This document shows positions 31,022 through 39,055 of a stretch of DNA of 52,385 nucleotides, one piece after another. Location: the IMG/VR virus record IMGVR_UViG_3300028840_001809; one strand, written 5' to 3'. This stretch comes from a virus. Position numbers and translations under genes: made by a program. Within the stretch, counting starts at the first letter, position 1, and the number at the start of each line of letters is the position of its first letter. The notes below the pieces were generated by a model. That model was not told where the DNA came from. It did no database searches and saw nothing but the letters and a program-made list of their open reading frames with translations.

Positions 31022-33357
31022 GCGATTCTCCGCCGACCTGAATCCATCACAGTGGCGATCGCATTCTCGAACGCCCAAGCGCTCCCTGCCGTGCCAGTCA
31101 ACTTCAGGATACACGCCTGCCCACGGCATGGCCGGCGCACTGTGGCGTTCAGGCCGCCGCTCCACGTTCCAGTGGCGGAGGCCGTGGCCGTGGTCGCCCC
31201 TTCGAACGTCAGCGCCGGCTGAATCGCCCACGTCACATCTGCACTATCTGCTGCCAACACGCCGTCCAATTCAAGCAGCGTCCCAACGTGTCCGTCGCTT
31301 GCCAGCGGCAGCGGCCCCATCTCTACGTAAGACGAGAACGTGGTCCCGCAGTCGTTCTCTGCAAGCCCGGAAAATCGCCGGAGGTAGCCGTCTCGCCCAC
31401 CAAGGAGAACAGAGGAGTCCTCCACACACGTCGCCTGGTAATTACAGGTCGCCAGGGGTTCGTGATCTGCGGATAGAGTAACCGGCCAGAAGGTCTTGCG
31501 GCCCCAGTGAAAGAACCAGTGTGTTCGTGCATTTGATGAGTCCGGGCACAGGAAGATATGGACGCCGTTGTTCTCGGTGTCGAACTCCATGGAAATCGTG
31601 GTCGTCTCCGGATGGAGATTCTTGAATTCCCGAGGGAGAATATCGTGCGAAACAGGAACAGGTTTCGCGCCACCACCGGCCGGCAGGATATACAGGCCAT
31701 CAAGTGTCAGGAAAACCAACTCACCCTCTGGTCCGATGCACCAAGCTGTTGGCCCAACGATTCCGACAATATGACTGACAGCATCAAGGTCTGGTGCGTA
31801 GACCGGATCGCCGCGCATCATCCATAGCTCATTCCGGCATCCAAGAATCAGATAGTCGTCGCTATGAGCTGCAATTGCCGTCAGCGGCCCACCAGGCGTA
31901 CCAGCCTCAGAGGCAGTGCCAGCTACAGCGCGCTGGCTGTCTTCTTGCGAATAGTCCCAATCATCTTCGTCACTCTGCCTGGCCGCATACCAGACGTGCG
32001 GCGCAATGTCGGCGCCACCCAGGAAGATTCGATCCAGGAACCTGGCGATCAATGGACAGCCCGTCGGCGCCTGTAAACTCGGCGCACCTTCGGCCGTGAG
32101 AAGCGAGAGAGTGCCGGCTGATGGATCATAGACCTTCGGGCCACGCTCTACGCGAAACGTGCAGGTTCCATCGCCGGGCGCATCATTGAGCGTAATAGCT
32201 CCGGCCGCAATCGAATCGATAGTGTAAGTGCCATCGGTCGTATCTCCGGTTCCATTTGAAATGACTACGACATCATCATGCGCACTGATACTGTGAGCCG
32301 TCCAATCAGCAACACTAGCAGCGTCCAGATCATTACCGGAGACCGTGCCATCTGTGCCTGTCACCCGAAGCCCATAGTCGGCGATGTAGAGCTTCTGTCC
32401 AGATTGGACGGCGTTGACTGGCTTGTCGCTGGCCAAAGTTAGGTCTGTAGTAAGCTCCGTCATCGTGCCATAGGTCTCTTCGTAGTAGAGCTTCCCACCG
32501 GCCGAAGCGACAAGCATTGTTCGCGAACCACTGATTGTGCTGGTCGAGAAATACTGAACACGGAACGTGTTCACCAGGCAGATACCGCCGGCCTCAGTGC
32601 ATTCGAGCCCGAAGCCAACACGGGCACCAGAGTGCGAATCCACAGTCCCCGAGAGAATCTTCGTGCCGTGCCAGTACACATCCACATCGTCCCCGCTTAC
32701 TACAGCCGAGAGCCAGCCCGGCGCCGGCGTCGTAATCGTTCCTGAATCCGAGTCAGTTGTCGTGGCGACCGAGCCGGTGTAGGACTTCAGGGTCCCTGAC
32801 CACGAGCCATCCGAGCCCGTCATGGTCAGCTCGATTTGCACGCCGTCCGTGGCGTAGGCCGGTGTCGTGTCGTCGAGCCGCAGGTAGAGCCGGTACTTGC
32901 CGTGGAACTCACCGTCATACGGCACGATGAACATCTCGACAGTGTAGTTCTCTGACGTGTCGATCGAGAGTGCATCGCGAACGACCTCGCCTTCGCTTGT
33001 GCTGTAGTCCACAGACGCAAGCGCAAATGGCAGGATGTCCGGAGTATCGTCAGCCCACGATGCCTGCGACCATACTGAGGCGAGTGCCGTGCCTGCGAAG
33101 ACATCGCTCCAGGCCGTGAAGTTGTCGCCAAGCGCCAGCGTCATCGGATAGAGAAGTCGCACATTCGATCCGAGATCAGTAATGTGCGACTTGATTAAGC
33201 CCGGCCTGCTGCCCCCTCGCTCTCTACTTTCAAGTGGGCCACGCGGCCAGACATTCAGCATGTCCTGCGAAGTATACGGAGGTTGCTGTCGATAGGCCCC
33301 CTCGCGATTGAGGCCGGCAAGAGGGAACTGGATGTTGAGTCTACGCTTTCGCCCCAT
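31018..33357 (-). CDS. Large tail/nozzle-type structural protein (779 aa)
   Basis: Its size and its position just before the fibre gene are like the tail tubular B / nozzle proteins of podoviruses. I recognised no motif. Confidence 0.5.
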   Translation of the reverse strand: MGRKRRLNIQFPLAGLNREGAYRQQPPYTSQDMLNVWPRGPLESRERGGSRPGLIKSHITDLGSNVRLLYPMTLALGDNFTAWSDVFAGTALASVWSQASWADDTPDILPFALASVDYSTSEGEVVRDALSIDTSENYTVEMFIVPYDGEFHGKYRLYLRLDDTTPAYATDGVQIELTMTGSDGSWSGTLKSYTGSVATTTDSDSGTITTPAPGWLSAVVSGDDVDVYWHGTKILSGTVDSHSGARVGFGLECTEAGGICLVNTFRVQYFSTSTISGSRTMLVASAGGKLYYEETYGTMTELTTDLTLASDKPVNAVQSGQKLYIADYGLRVTGTDGTVSGNDLDAASVADWTAHSISAHDDVVVISNGTGDTTDGTYTIDSIAAGAITLNDAPGDGTCTFRVERGPKVYDPSAGTLSLLTAEGAPSLQAPTGCPLIARFLDRIFLGGADIAPHVWYAARQSDEDDWDYSQEDSQRAVAGTASEAGTPGGPLTAIAAHSDDYLILGCRNELWMMRGDPVYAPDLDAVSHIVGIVGPTAWCIGPEGELVFLTLDGLYILPAGGGAKPVPVSHDILPREFKNLHPETTTISMEFDTENNGVHIFLCPDSSNARTHWFFHWGRKTFWPVTLSADHEPLATCNYQATCVEDSSVLLGGRDGYLRRFSGLAENDCGTTFSSYVEMGPLPLASDGHVGTLLELDGVLAADSADVTWAIQPALTFEGATTATASATGTWSGGLNATVRRPCRGQACILKLTGTAGSAWAFENAIATVMDSGRRRIA

Positions 33358-33369
33358 CGTCTACCTATG

Positions 33370-33405
33370 AAAACCGGCGGCCCCGCGCTGAGGCCGGACC
33401 GCCGG
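33370..33405 (-). terminator. Rho-independent terminator-like hairpin just upstream of the 779-aa gene
   Basis: On the minus strand, CCGGCGG...CCGCCGG (7-bp outer stem, GC-rich interior) is followed by TTTTC. Confidence 0.5.
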
Positions 33406-33427
33406 GTATGTGTTTCGTCCAGGTACG

Positions 33428-33835
33428 TCAAGCCGCCTCGGCGAGCGCGAGTTCCACTGACTCCGAGAAGAATGGCAGCAATACATCAACCTCCTGCGGT
33501 GTCAGTTCATTCTCCTGATTCTCGCCAATGGCATCCAGCACTTTGTCGAAGTTCAAGTCGATCTTTCTGAGATCGCAGTCCGTTTCCATGATCTCCATGA
33601 ATCGCTTAGTATACTTCGCGAACTCAGGTGTCCCCTGCTGTATCGAAGCTGGCTGCCCTTCCGGAACGCCGGACAGTTCGTGAATCAGCGCCACACGCTG
33701 TTTCTCAGTGAACTCCCATTCAGCAGAAACTTCCTTGGCATACTTGGCCAGCCGATAAGCCATTCTCGGCTTCATTCGCAAACTAGCGAGTTTCCTCCAA
33801 GCGTCGATTGCTCCAAAGATGTAACCGAGCTTCAT
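33428..33835 (-). CDS. Hypothetical helical protein (135 aa from ATG 33835)
   Basis: It has an AAGGAGA RBS, and the ORF is open to 33955. Hairpins flank it on both sides. Confidence 0.55.
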   Translation of the reverse strand: MKLGYIFGAIDAWRKLASLRMKPRMAYRLAKYAKEVSAEWEFTEKQRVALIHELSGVPEGQPASIQQGTPEFAKYTKRFMEIMETDCDLRKIDLNFDKVLDAIGENQENELTPQEVDVLLPFFSESVELALAEAA

Positions 33836-33855
33836 GTGTCTCTCCTTACGAACAG

Positions 33856-33895
33856 GAAAAGGGCAGCCCGGCGCCCCGAGCAAGCAAGGGGCGCC
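33856..33895 (-). terminator. GC-rich hairpin (weak terminator candidate)
   Basis: The stem is GGCGCCCC (33870-33877) / GGGGCGCC (33888-33895). On the minus strand a TTTTCC run follows after a 9-nt gap. Confidence 0.3.
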
Positions 33896-33914
33896 AGGCG
33901 CAATCGTTACCTGA

Positions 33915-34106
33915 CTACACGTCAGTTTCGTCCACGCTAACCATGAGACATGCACTCCATTCCTTACCCGCTGGTACCTCGACGTTCAGGATCTCTGTTC
34001 CACCAGGACTTGTCTCAATCTTGAGTGTAGTTCCAGCAGGCAATACAACCTCCTCGGTACCGGATCGCTTGACATGAGTGTGAACTACAGATTCGCTCAA
34101 CTGCAT
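33915..34106 (-). CDS. Hypothetical small beta-rich protein (63 aa)
   Basis: It lies within the structural operon directly after the 488-aa gene. Confidence 0.45.
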   Translation of the reverse strand: MQLSESVVHTHVKRSGTEEVVLPAGTTLKIETSPGGTEILNVEVPAGKEWSACLMVSVDETDV

Positions 34107-34111
34107 GTCAA

Positions 34112-35578
34112 TTACCTATACAATGCGAGGTAATACTGCTTTCCGTCGTAATAGACCTTAATCCTGGCGTCCTGGGTTCCAGGCACCGCCTCTGTCGTGA
34201 TGCACGTTCCTGCGCCAGAATTAAACGTCTCGTCGAAGTAGAGAAGCTGATCGTACCCGGACGAGGTGGTCTCGAAGCCAATGAAGGCATCGGGCCGACT
34301 GGCACCAGTCGTGGCGAAGATACCATATTCCTCACCAGAGACGGTCCCACTCATTTGGTTATCGACCCAAGCACAGGCCACACGAGACCCTGAGTCACAC
34401 ACGGCGGTTCCTGAAGCAGCCACCTTCAGCCAGGCAGCATACATACCAGCAGTCGCATCACCACCTAAAGTCACCAAGTGCGCACCGGAACTCTGAGCCC
34501 CGAGATGTGCAATAAACTGTGCTGCCTGGAGTTTCCTTGGCCCAGTGCCCGTGTTATTCGCCTCTGCCAATCCGGCAACCGGAAAAGCAGCCTTCGCGCC
34601 AGTCGTCTCGGTGTAGATGAAGATACCACGATCGTAACTACTGCTGTCTCCAGAGCACGTCGAATAAAGACGCATCATGCCGCTCTGGTGGTTATCAGCA
34701 CCGTAATCGATCGGGCTCGCATACGTTCCCGCACGAATGAAACAAGGACCGTTCGAGCCGGTCGGGTCGATCGTCGCATTTGAGAAGTCGATCGCATTGC
34801 CAGTGTACGTGCCGCTGAAATTGAGGCCAGTAGTGGCAGTCCCAATATCAATGCCAATCGTCGAATTCAGGACATACAGACCCATCGGCCAATCGGCCGC
34901 GCCAGCCGCCTTGTCGATCAAAATACCTGCGCACGTGCCGTTATTGGTGATCGTGCCAGCACCAGTCGTCTCAACGTGGATACCACACGCTTCGCCACCG
35001 ACATTCGTTGTGAGCTTGGTGCCGATCTCCAGGCTTGCATCGATACACGACAGGGTGGCACCATTCTTGGCGATATGCGTGCCGGCCAGCTCCAGGTAGC
35101 CCTGACTTGCAGTGTAGATGCCAGTTTCGACATCCACGCCATCAGCACACTTCAGTTGTGCCATGAGAGCACGGATCGAAGCACCGGCTTGATCGACAGT
35201 CAGCAAAAGCCGCGTTCGCAGGTTGTAGACATTCGAGGCTATGCTCAATCCATTATCGTCACCATAAACAGCAACGGCAGATCGATCGTCTGAAGAAAGA
35301 GCAATTCCGCTCCCTGCATCAAGCGAAGAGAATTCACCAACATCCAATGACACATCGATGTCGCCTGCGTCGATTGGATTAAAGTCACATGACGTAACGC
35401 TCCCTTCATTCAAGTAGAGAGCAGTACCAGCCCCGCCATCAGTGTGTTGAAAAAGACATCCCACCTGGTACCCATCGGTCCCGTCAGTCGGAACCGTTGC
35501 ACCAGACGCGAACAACAGCCCTCGGTTCGTAATGACTGGCGGCTGCATGCGCAGCAAACTACAGACTCGTTGAATCAT
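34112..35578 (-). CDS. Hypothetical virion structural protein (488 aa), Gly/Thr/Ala-rich and beta-rich
   Basis: It lies in the structural operon. The C-terminal ...ARIKVYYDGKQYYLALYR ending recalls phage structural proteins. The alternative start ATG 35548 is possible. Confidence 0.5.
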   Translation of the reverse strand: MIQRVCSLLRMQPPVITNRGLLFASGATVPTDGTDGYQVGCLFQHTDGGAGTALYLNEGSVTSCDFNPIDAGDIDVSLDVGEFSSLDAGSGIALSSDDRSAVAVYGDDNGLSIASNVYNLRTRLLLTVDQAGASIRALMAQLKCADGVDVETGIYTASQGYLELAGTHIAKNGATLSCIDASLEIGTKLTTNVGGEACGIHVETTGAGTITNNGTCAGILIDKAAGAADWPMGLYVLNSTIGIDIGTATTGLNFSGTYTGNAIDFSNATIDPTGSNGPCFIRAGTYASPIDYGADNHQSGMMRLYSTCSGDSSSYDRGIFIYTETTGAKAAFPVAGLAEANNTGTGPRKLQAAQFIAHLGAQSSGAHLVTLGGDATAGMYAAWLKVAASGTAVCDSGSRVACAWVDNQMSGTVSGEEYGIFATTGASRPDAFIGFETTSSGYDQLLYFDETFNSGAGTCITTEAVPGTQDARIKVYYDGKQYYLALYR

Positions 35579-35651
35579 CGATTTGCCCCTTACTCAGAAA
35601 CCAAGAAACCTCCAGCGTCCCAGCAGCACAAAGACCCTCCTTAACGCAAAC

Positions 35652-35759
35652 CTACGAAAACAGAACCTTCAGGACGACGAGAATCGCAACACCAGTCGCC
35701 ACAAAGAAGGCCCACGTTGGAATCCCAGTCTTCTCGGACCATTCAGTGAATTTGCTCAT
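35652..35759 (-). CDS. Possible 35-aa membrane peptide
   Basis: It was hand-translated as MSKFTEWSEKTGIPTWAFFVATGVAILVVLKVLFS, with AGGAGA 7 nt upstream. Confidence 0.4.
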   Translation of the reverse strand: MSKFTEWSEKTGIPTWAFFVATGVAILVVLKVLFS

Positions 35760-35781
35760 TTACTCGTCTCCTGTGTGTTTC

Positions 35782-36462
35782 TTACAGCATTCCCGTGGTG
35801 AAGTTCCAGGTTGTCTCGTCTGTGATTCCGGCCCATGGGGTCGAATCCTCATTCGTGAGAATGCCTGGCGTGGCCTTGATGTAGTACTCAGTGGCCGGAG
35901 TCAATGGCGCAAGCAAAGAGAATTCACAAGTTCCTCCATCGACTGTTGCGTCGCCTATATCGACTGTCTCAACTACTGAATCATCACTTGCCAAATGCAG
36001 CGTGAAACTGCCGGCACCAGCGACCACGTTCATATCGAATATGAGAAGGAACGGGTCCCAGGTTGTCACGACCGCATCGTAATCATCCAATGGAGAAGCA
36101 TGGATGAGTTCCGGTCCATGCCCTTGTTCCGGTAACTTCTGCCAGATTGGATAGTTGAGCGTATGCCTATACTCAATACTCGTGTGTGTTTCAATACCTC
36201 CAGAGGCATTGGCAGCACTCAGGGCATACACTGCCAGCCTCGCCTTTGCTCCAAGCACACGTACCGTATGGCCAATACTGCCAAGGAAAAGGCCGCTTTC
36301 ACTGACAGCATCCTCACCAAAACCCAGGAACACCGGGTCTGCACCATCTGCGGCCATGCTCTGTAACTGGATAAGCATCTCATCGCGATACTCATCGGCA
36401 GCAAGAATCAATGCACTGTCGGCGCCGCCGACAACAGCCCAAGAAGATGCGGACATTCTCAA
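35782..36462 (-). CDS. Structural protein (226 aa): N-terminal domain paralogous to the upstream 101-aa protein, plus a C-terminal Ig-like domain
   Basis: PVFLGFGE.AV...VRV.GAKARLAVY...GGIET...EYR is shared with 36459..36764. The C-terminal ...ATEYYIKATPGILTNEDSTPWAGITDETTWNFTT is like a bacterial Ig-like domain. Confidence 0.55.
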   Translation of the reverse strand: MRMSASSWAVVGGADSALILAADEYRDEMLIQLQSMAADGADPVFLGFGEDAVSESGLFLGSIGHTVRVLGAKARLAVYALSAANASGGIETHTSIEYRHTLNYPIWQKLPEQGHGPELIHASPLDDYDAVVTTWDPFLLIFDMNVVAGAGSFTLHLASDDSVVETVDIGDATVDGGTCEFSLLAPLTPATEYYIKATPGILTNEDSTPWAGITDETTWNFTTGML

Positions 36463-36764
36463 TACCCGTATGCGTACGATCCAGGGCGGTACTCAACGTC
36501 TTCCGTTGTTTCGATTCCTACCGTCCCGCCAGTGCCAGTAGGCTCAATTCCGTATACAGCCAACCGTGCTTTGGCGCCAGTGACCCTCACTGAGCAACCA
36601 GGATAAATCAGCTTGATGCCTTTGTTGTTCACGGCAGTTTCACCAAATCCGAGAAACACCGGCGCAGATGTCGTATGATTCTGAATCGTGATATGATCGC
36701 GATTCTCATCAGCAGCAATAATCTGCTCGCTATCAGTGCCAGAAAACGTGTGACTATCCAGCAT
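36459..36764 (-). CDS. Structural protein (101 aa), a paralog of the N-terminal domain of 35782..36462
   Basis: ATG 36764 follows GGAGGG, and the ORF is open to 36818. The shared motif block is described in the previous entry. Confidence 0.55.
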   Translation of the reverse strand: MLDSHTFSGTDSEQIIAADENRDHITIQNHTTSAPVFLGFGETAVNNKGIKLIYPGCSVRVTGAKARLAVYGIEPTGTGGTVGIETTEDVEYRPGSYAYGY

Positions 36765-36766
36765 CA

Positions 36767-37051
36767 CTACCCTCCGAGTGCTTGTATCAAGTTCCTGAGG
36801 CCTGGAACCCGTTCCCATACCTGCCGACGCCGCTGCTCCGCCTCAGCGATATCGATTTCACGCTGCGTCGGCTGCTGCACTGGTTGCGCCGCTTGCTCAG
36901 CAGCGCGAGCCTGTTGCCGGGCAGCCAGTTGCTCGTTAATGAACTGATCTTCTTGCTGCCGCTTCGCTCTGTACCTAAGTTTCATAAGAACTTCTGGATC
37001 AATGCCGAGCTTCTCGGAATCCATCAGCAATTCGCGGTTATATCGCGGCAT
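36767..37051 (-). CDS. Hypothetical Gln/Arg-rich helical protein (94 aa)
   Basis: The start forms an ATGA overlap with the upstream stop at 37051. Confidence 0.45.
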   Translation of the reverse strand: MPRYNRELLMDSEKLGIDPEVLMKLRYRAKRQQEDQFINEQLAARQQARAAEQAAQPVQQPTQREIDIAEAEQRRRQVWERVPGLRNLIQALGG

Positions 37052-38055
37052 CAAATCAACTCCCCTGAGTAGGTGATTGGGTACGTGCCACCAGTATCAC
37101 CCCTGGCTCGGCGCTCCCTGTGTGTTTTAGGCTGACCCATGCGTCCGTAGTACCTGGCGGAGCGCTTACGGTCTCTGGTAACCGCATCAGTCAAAAATGC
37201 CTGATATGCCTGAGTGTGCAGACCAACCTCATCGTTAAAGCGCTGCTCGGCAACCGCCAGGCAGCTCTCGATATACAGCTCCGCCAGTTCCATGCCGCCG
37301 AGTGGATAGGGGTAACTGTCAGACAACGCTCCACTGTATGCCTCATACTCACAGTAGAGCGTGTAGCTGGTGTCCGGTCTTGGCCAAAACAAGATTTCCC
37401 AGCGCTGGCCAGTAGTTCGATCCCAGGCTTTAGGCCGAACTGCCGCGAAAGCCGGCGCCCCGGTACGGTCCTCGATGGCCCGCATCTCCAGCATATCGGC
37501 GACGGAGCACACCTTGACCGCGGCGTACTGGTCGTCTGGCTTGAAGTGCAACTCGCCGATAAGCCGCCCAAAATCGTCGGGCAGCGAGTAATTCGCAGGA
37601 CTCCGACCGACGAGAAACGTAAGACTCGATCCGTCGCCGGGAGACGAGCCGAGCGTAATGGCCCCGATCGCCACAGACGAGATCGTGTACTCATCAAGCG
37701 GAGTATCGCCAGAGCCGACTGCCGAGATCGTCACGGTGTCGTCGGTGGTGATACCCTGGGTCACCCAATTCGTATAGGTGGCCGAATCAAACTGGTCGCC
37801 AGTAATCGTTCCGTCGCTTCCAGACGCTCCGAGGTAGATGATGCTTGTCGGCCGCAACCACGACCATTCATAGCCGGCGATGCCTGGCGTCTGGCTGACT
37901 GGGTAATAGACCCGCCTGACACCAGACTGAACAATACTCTCTATCTCACTAGTCTGATCCTCGCTCCAGGCTGTGGGGTCGCGACCATACCCCATGAACC
38001 AGCCGACTTCCTTCTTGAAGTCAGACCAACCAAGGCTAAGACCACTCTCTGCCAT
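37051..38055 (-). CDS. Hypothetical head-tail/structural protein (334 aa from ATG 38055)
   Basis: It lies in the structural operon. It carries a roughly 45-aa module (37603-37737) that is also present in the 779-aa tail protein. Confidence 0.55.
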   Translation of the reverse strand: MAESGLSLGWSDFKKEVGWFMGYGRDPTAWSEDQTSEIESIVQSGVRRVYYPVSQTPGIAGYEWSWLRPTSIIYLGASGSDGTITGDQFDSATYTNWVTQGITTDDTVTISAVGSGDTPLDEYTISSVAIGAITLGSSPGDGSSLTFLVGRSPANYSLPDDFGRLIGELHFKPDDQYAAVKVCSVADMLEMRAIEDRTGAPAFAAVRPKAWDRTTGQRWEILFWPRPDTSYTLYCEYEAYSGALSDSYPYPLGGMELAELYIESCLAVAEQRFNDEVGLHTQAYQAFLTDAVTRDRKRSARYYGRMGQPKTHRERRARGDTGGTYPITYSGELI

Positions 38056-38059
38056 CAAG

Positions 38060-38130
38060 ACCCCCGGCTAGGACTCGAACCTAGATGTCATCTTCTACGA
38101 AGTGGGCTCTACCAGTTGAACTACCGAGGG
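38060..38130 (-). tRNA. tRNA-like element / probable degenerate tRNA: canonical acceptor, D and T arms but a non-canonical anticodon arm
   Basis: The minus strand reads CCCTCGG-TA-GTTC-AACTGGTA-GAGC-C-CACTTCGTAGAAGATG-ACAT-CTAGG-TTCGAGT-CCTAG-CCGGGGG-T. It has a 7-bp acceptor stem (one G-U) and a perfect T arm with GGTTCGAGTCC. The anticodon region is 2 nt short, so only a 5-nt loop or a GUA triloop is possible. No CCA is encoded. Confidence 0.5.
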
Positions 38131-38136
38131 ACCACT

Positions 38137-38174
38137 GGGGTCCGCCAGGCGAAGAGAGAAACCTGGCGGACCCC
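38137..38174 (-). other. Perfect 13-bp stem-loop between the decoration-like gene and the tRNA-like element
   Basis: GGGGTCCGCCAGG (38137-38149) pairs with CCTGGCGGACCCC (38162-38174) around a 12-nt loop. No T-run follows on the minus strand. Confidence 0.7.
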
Positions 38175-38194
38175 CTGCCCCGATCCTGCCCCGC

Positions 38195-38998
38195 TTACGA
38201 AACCAGGGTGCAACCATTCGCACCGCGAATGTTCCAACTATTGGCGGCCCATTCCAGGACGCACTGATCGCCAACAGCGCCAAGTTCAAGACCATCGAGG
38301 TCTTGGGTACCGTCAGCAGGCTCGTTACCATCGTCGTTCTCGATATTGACCCGAGCCTCGTTGGTGGTCACGGCCGTAGTGATAATCTCGACCTTCTTGA
38401 GAAGGCCCTCGATCGTGCCGTCAACAATCTCCTCGGCCGGCGATGAAGTGGTACAGGCCGCCCCGATTAGGAGCGATGTGCCTCCGACCATCATTACAAA
38501 CGCGGTATCGTCCACGAGCTGAACCACCTCGACGCCACCGGACTGCGGGCCTTCCATCAGCCTACAGAGCACTAGGCCGGCATCGGTGGACCGATCGACC
38601 GTCTGAAGCGGACGAGCTGACCCCTTGCCTGGGAGCCCTTCGTATCGGAACCAGCCTTCGTACGAGCTGGTCACGTCGAACGTCAGGAGCCCAACACCAA
38701 TCGTGCAATCGGCCTTACAATAGACACTGCAAATGCTACCGGGGCCGAAAATCTCGATAAGCTGGCCAGTAGACTTGGCACTGTACGCCCTGGCTGCCAC
38801 GCCAGCGAAATGCTGGGCGTTCGTGGTGGACGGCAGCTCGACACGGTTGTACCGGCGAGCATCAGCCGCCGAATCCGTGCCGTAATCCCAGTTGTAGCAC
38901 ACCGCCTGACCTTCCTTCAGTGCGGTGGCTCCTTCAAACCAAACCCACAAAGACCGAGTGTTGGCCTTCTTCTGGTGGGCGTTAATTGACATGTCCAT
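38195..38998 (-). CDS. Hypothetical capsid-associated (decoration-like) protein (267 aa)
   Basis: It lies immediately downstream of the putative major capsid gene. I recognised no motif. Confidence 0.45.
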   Translation of the reverse strand: MDMSINAHQKKANTRSLWVWFEGATALKEGQAVCYNWDYGTDSAADARRYNRVELPSTTNAQHFAGVAARAYSAKSTGQLIEIFGPGSICSVYCKADCTIGVGLLTFDVTSSYEGWFRYEGLPGKGSARPLQTVDRSTDAGLVLCRLMEGPQSGGVEVVQLVDDTAFVMMVGGTSLLIGAACTTSSPAEEIVDGTIEGLLKKVEIITTAVTTNEARVNIENDDGNEPADGTQDLDGLELGAVGDQCVLEWAANSWNIRGANGCTLVS

Positions 38999-39055
38999 GT
39001 TTATTCCTTTCTCAAGTTGAGTTGTTCGTTAAAGACGAACCGACAGCTACGCGGC

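Noticed and set aside
38060-38130. The idea that the tRNA-like element is the attP core (phages often integrate into tRNA genes)
   Set aside because: It lies 20 kb from the integrase in the middle of the capsid operon, so integration there would split the late operon. The integrase-adjacent gap with repeated sites is a far better attP candidate.
37120-38349. 409-aa plus-strand ORF
   Set aside because: It is antisense to two structural genes and runs across the tRNA-like element and the hairpin. It has an Arg-rich composition and no RBS.
39024-39040. Small hairpin GTTCGT-TAAAG-ACGAAC after the major capsid gene
   Set aside because: It has only a 6-bp stem and no T-run, so it could arise by chance. 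I noted it but did not annotate it.
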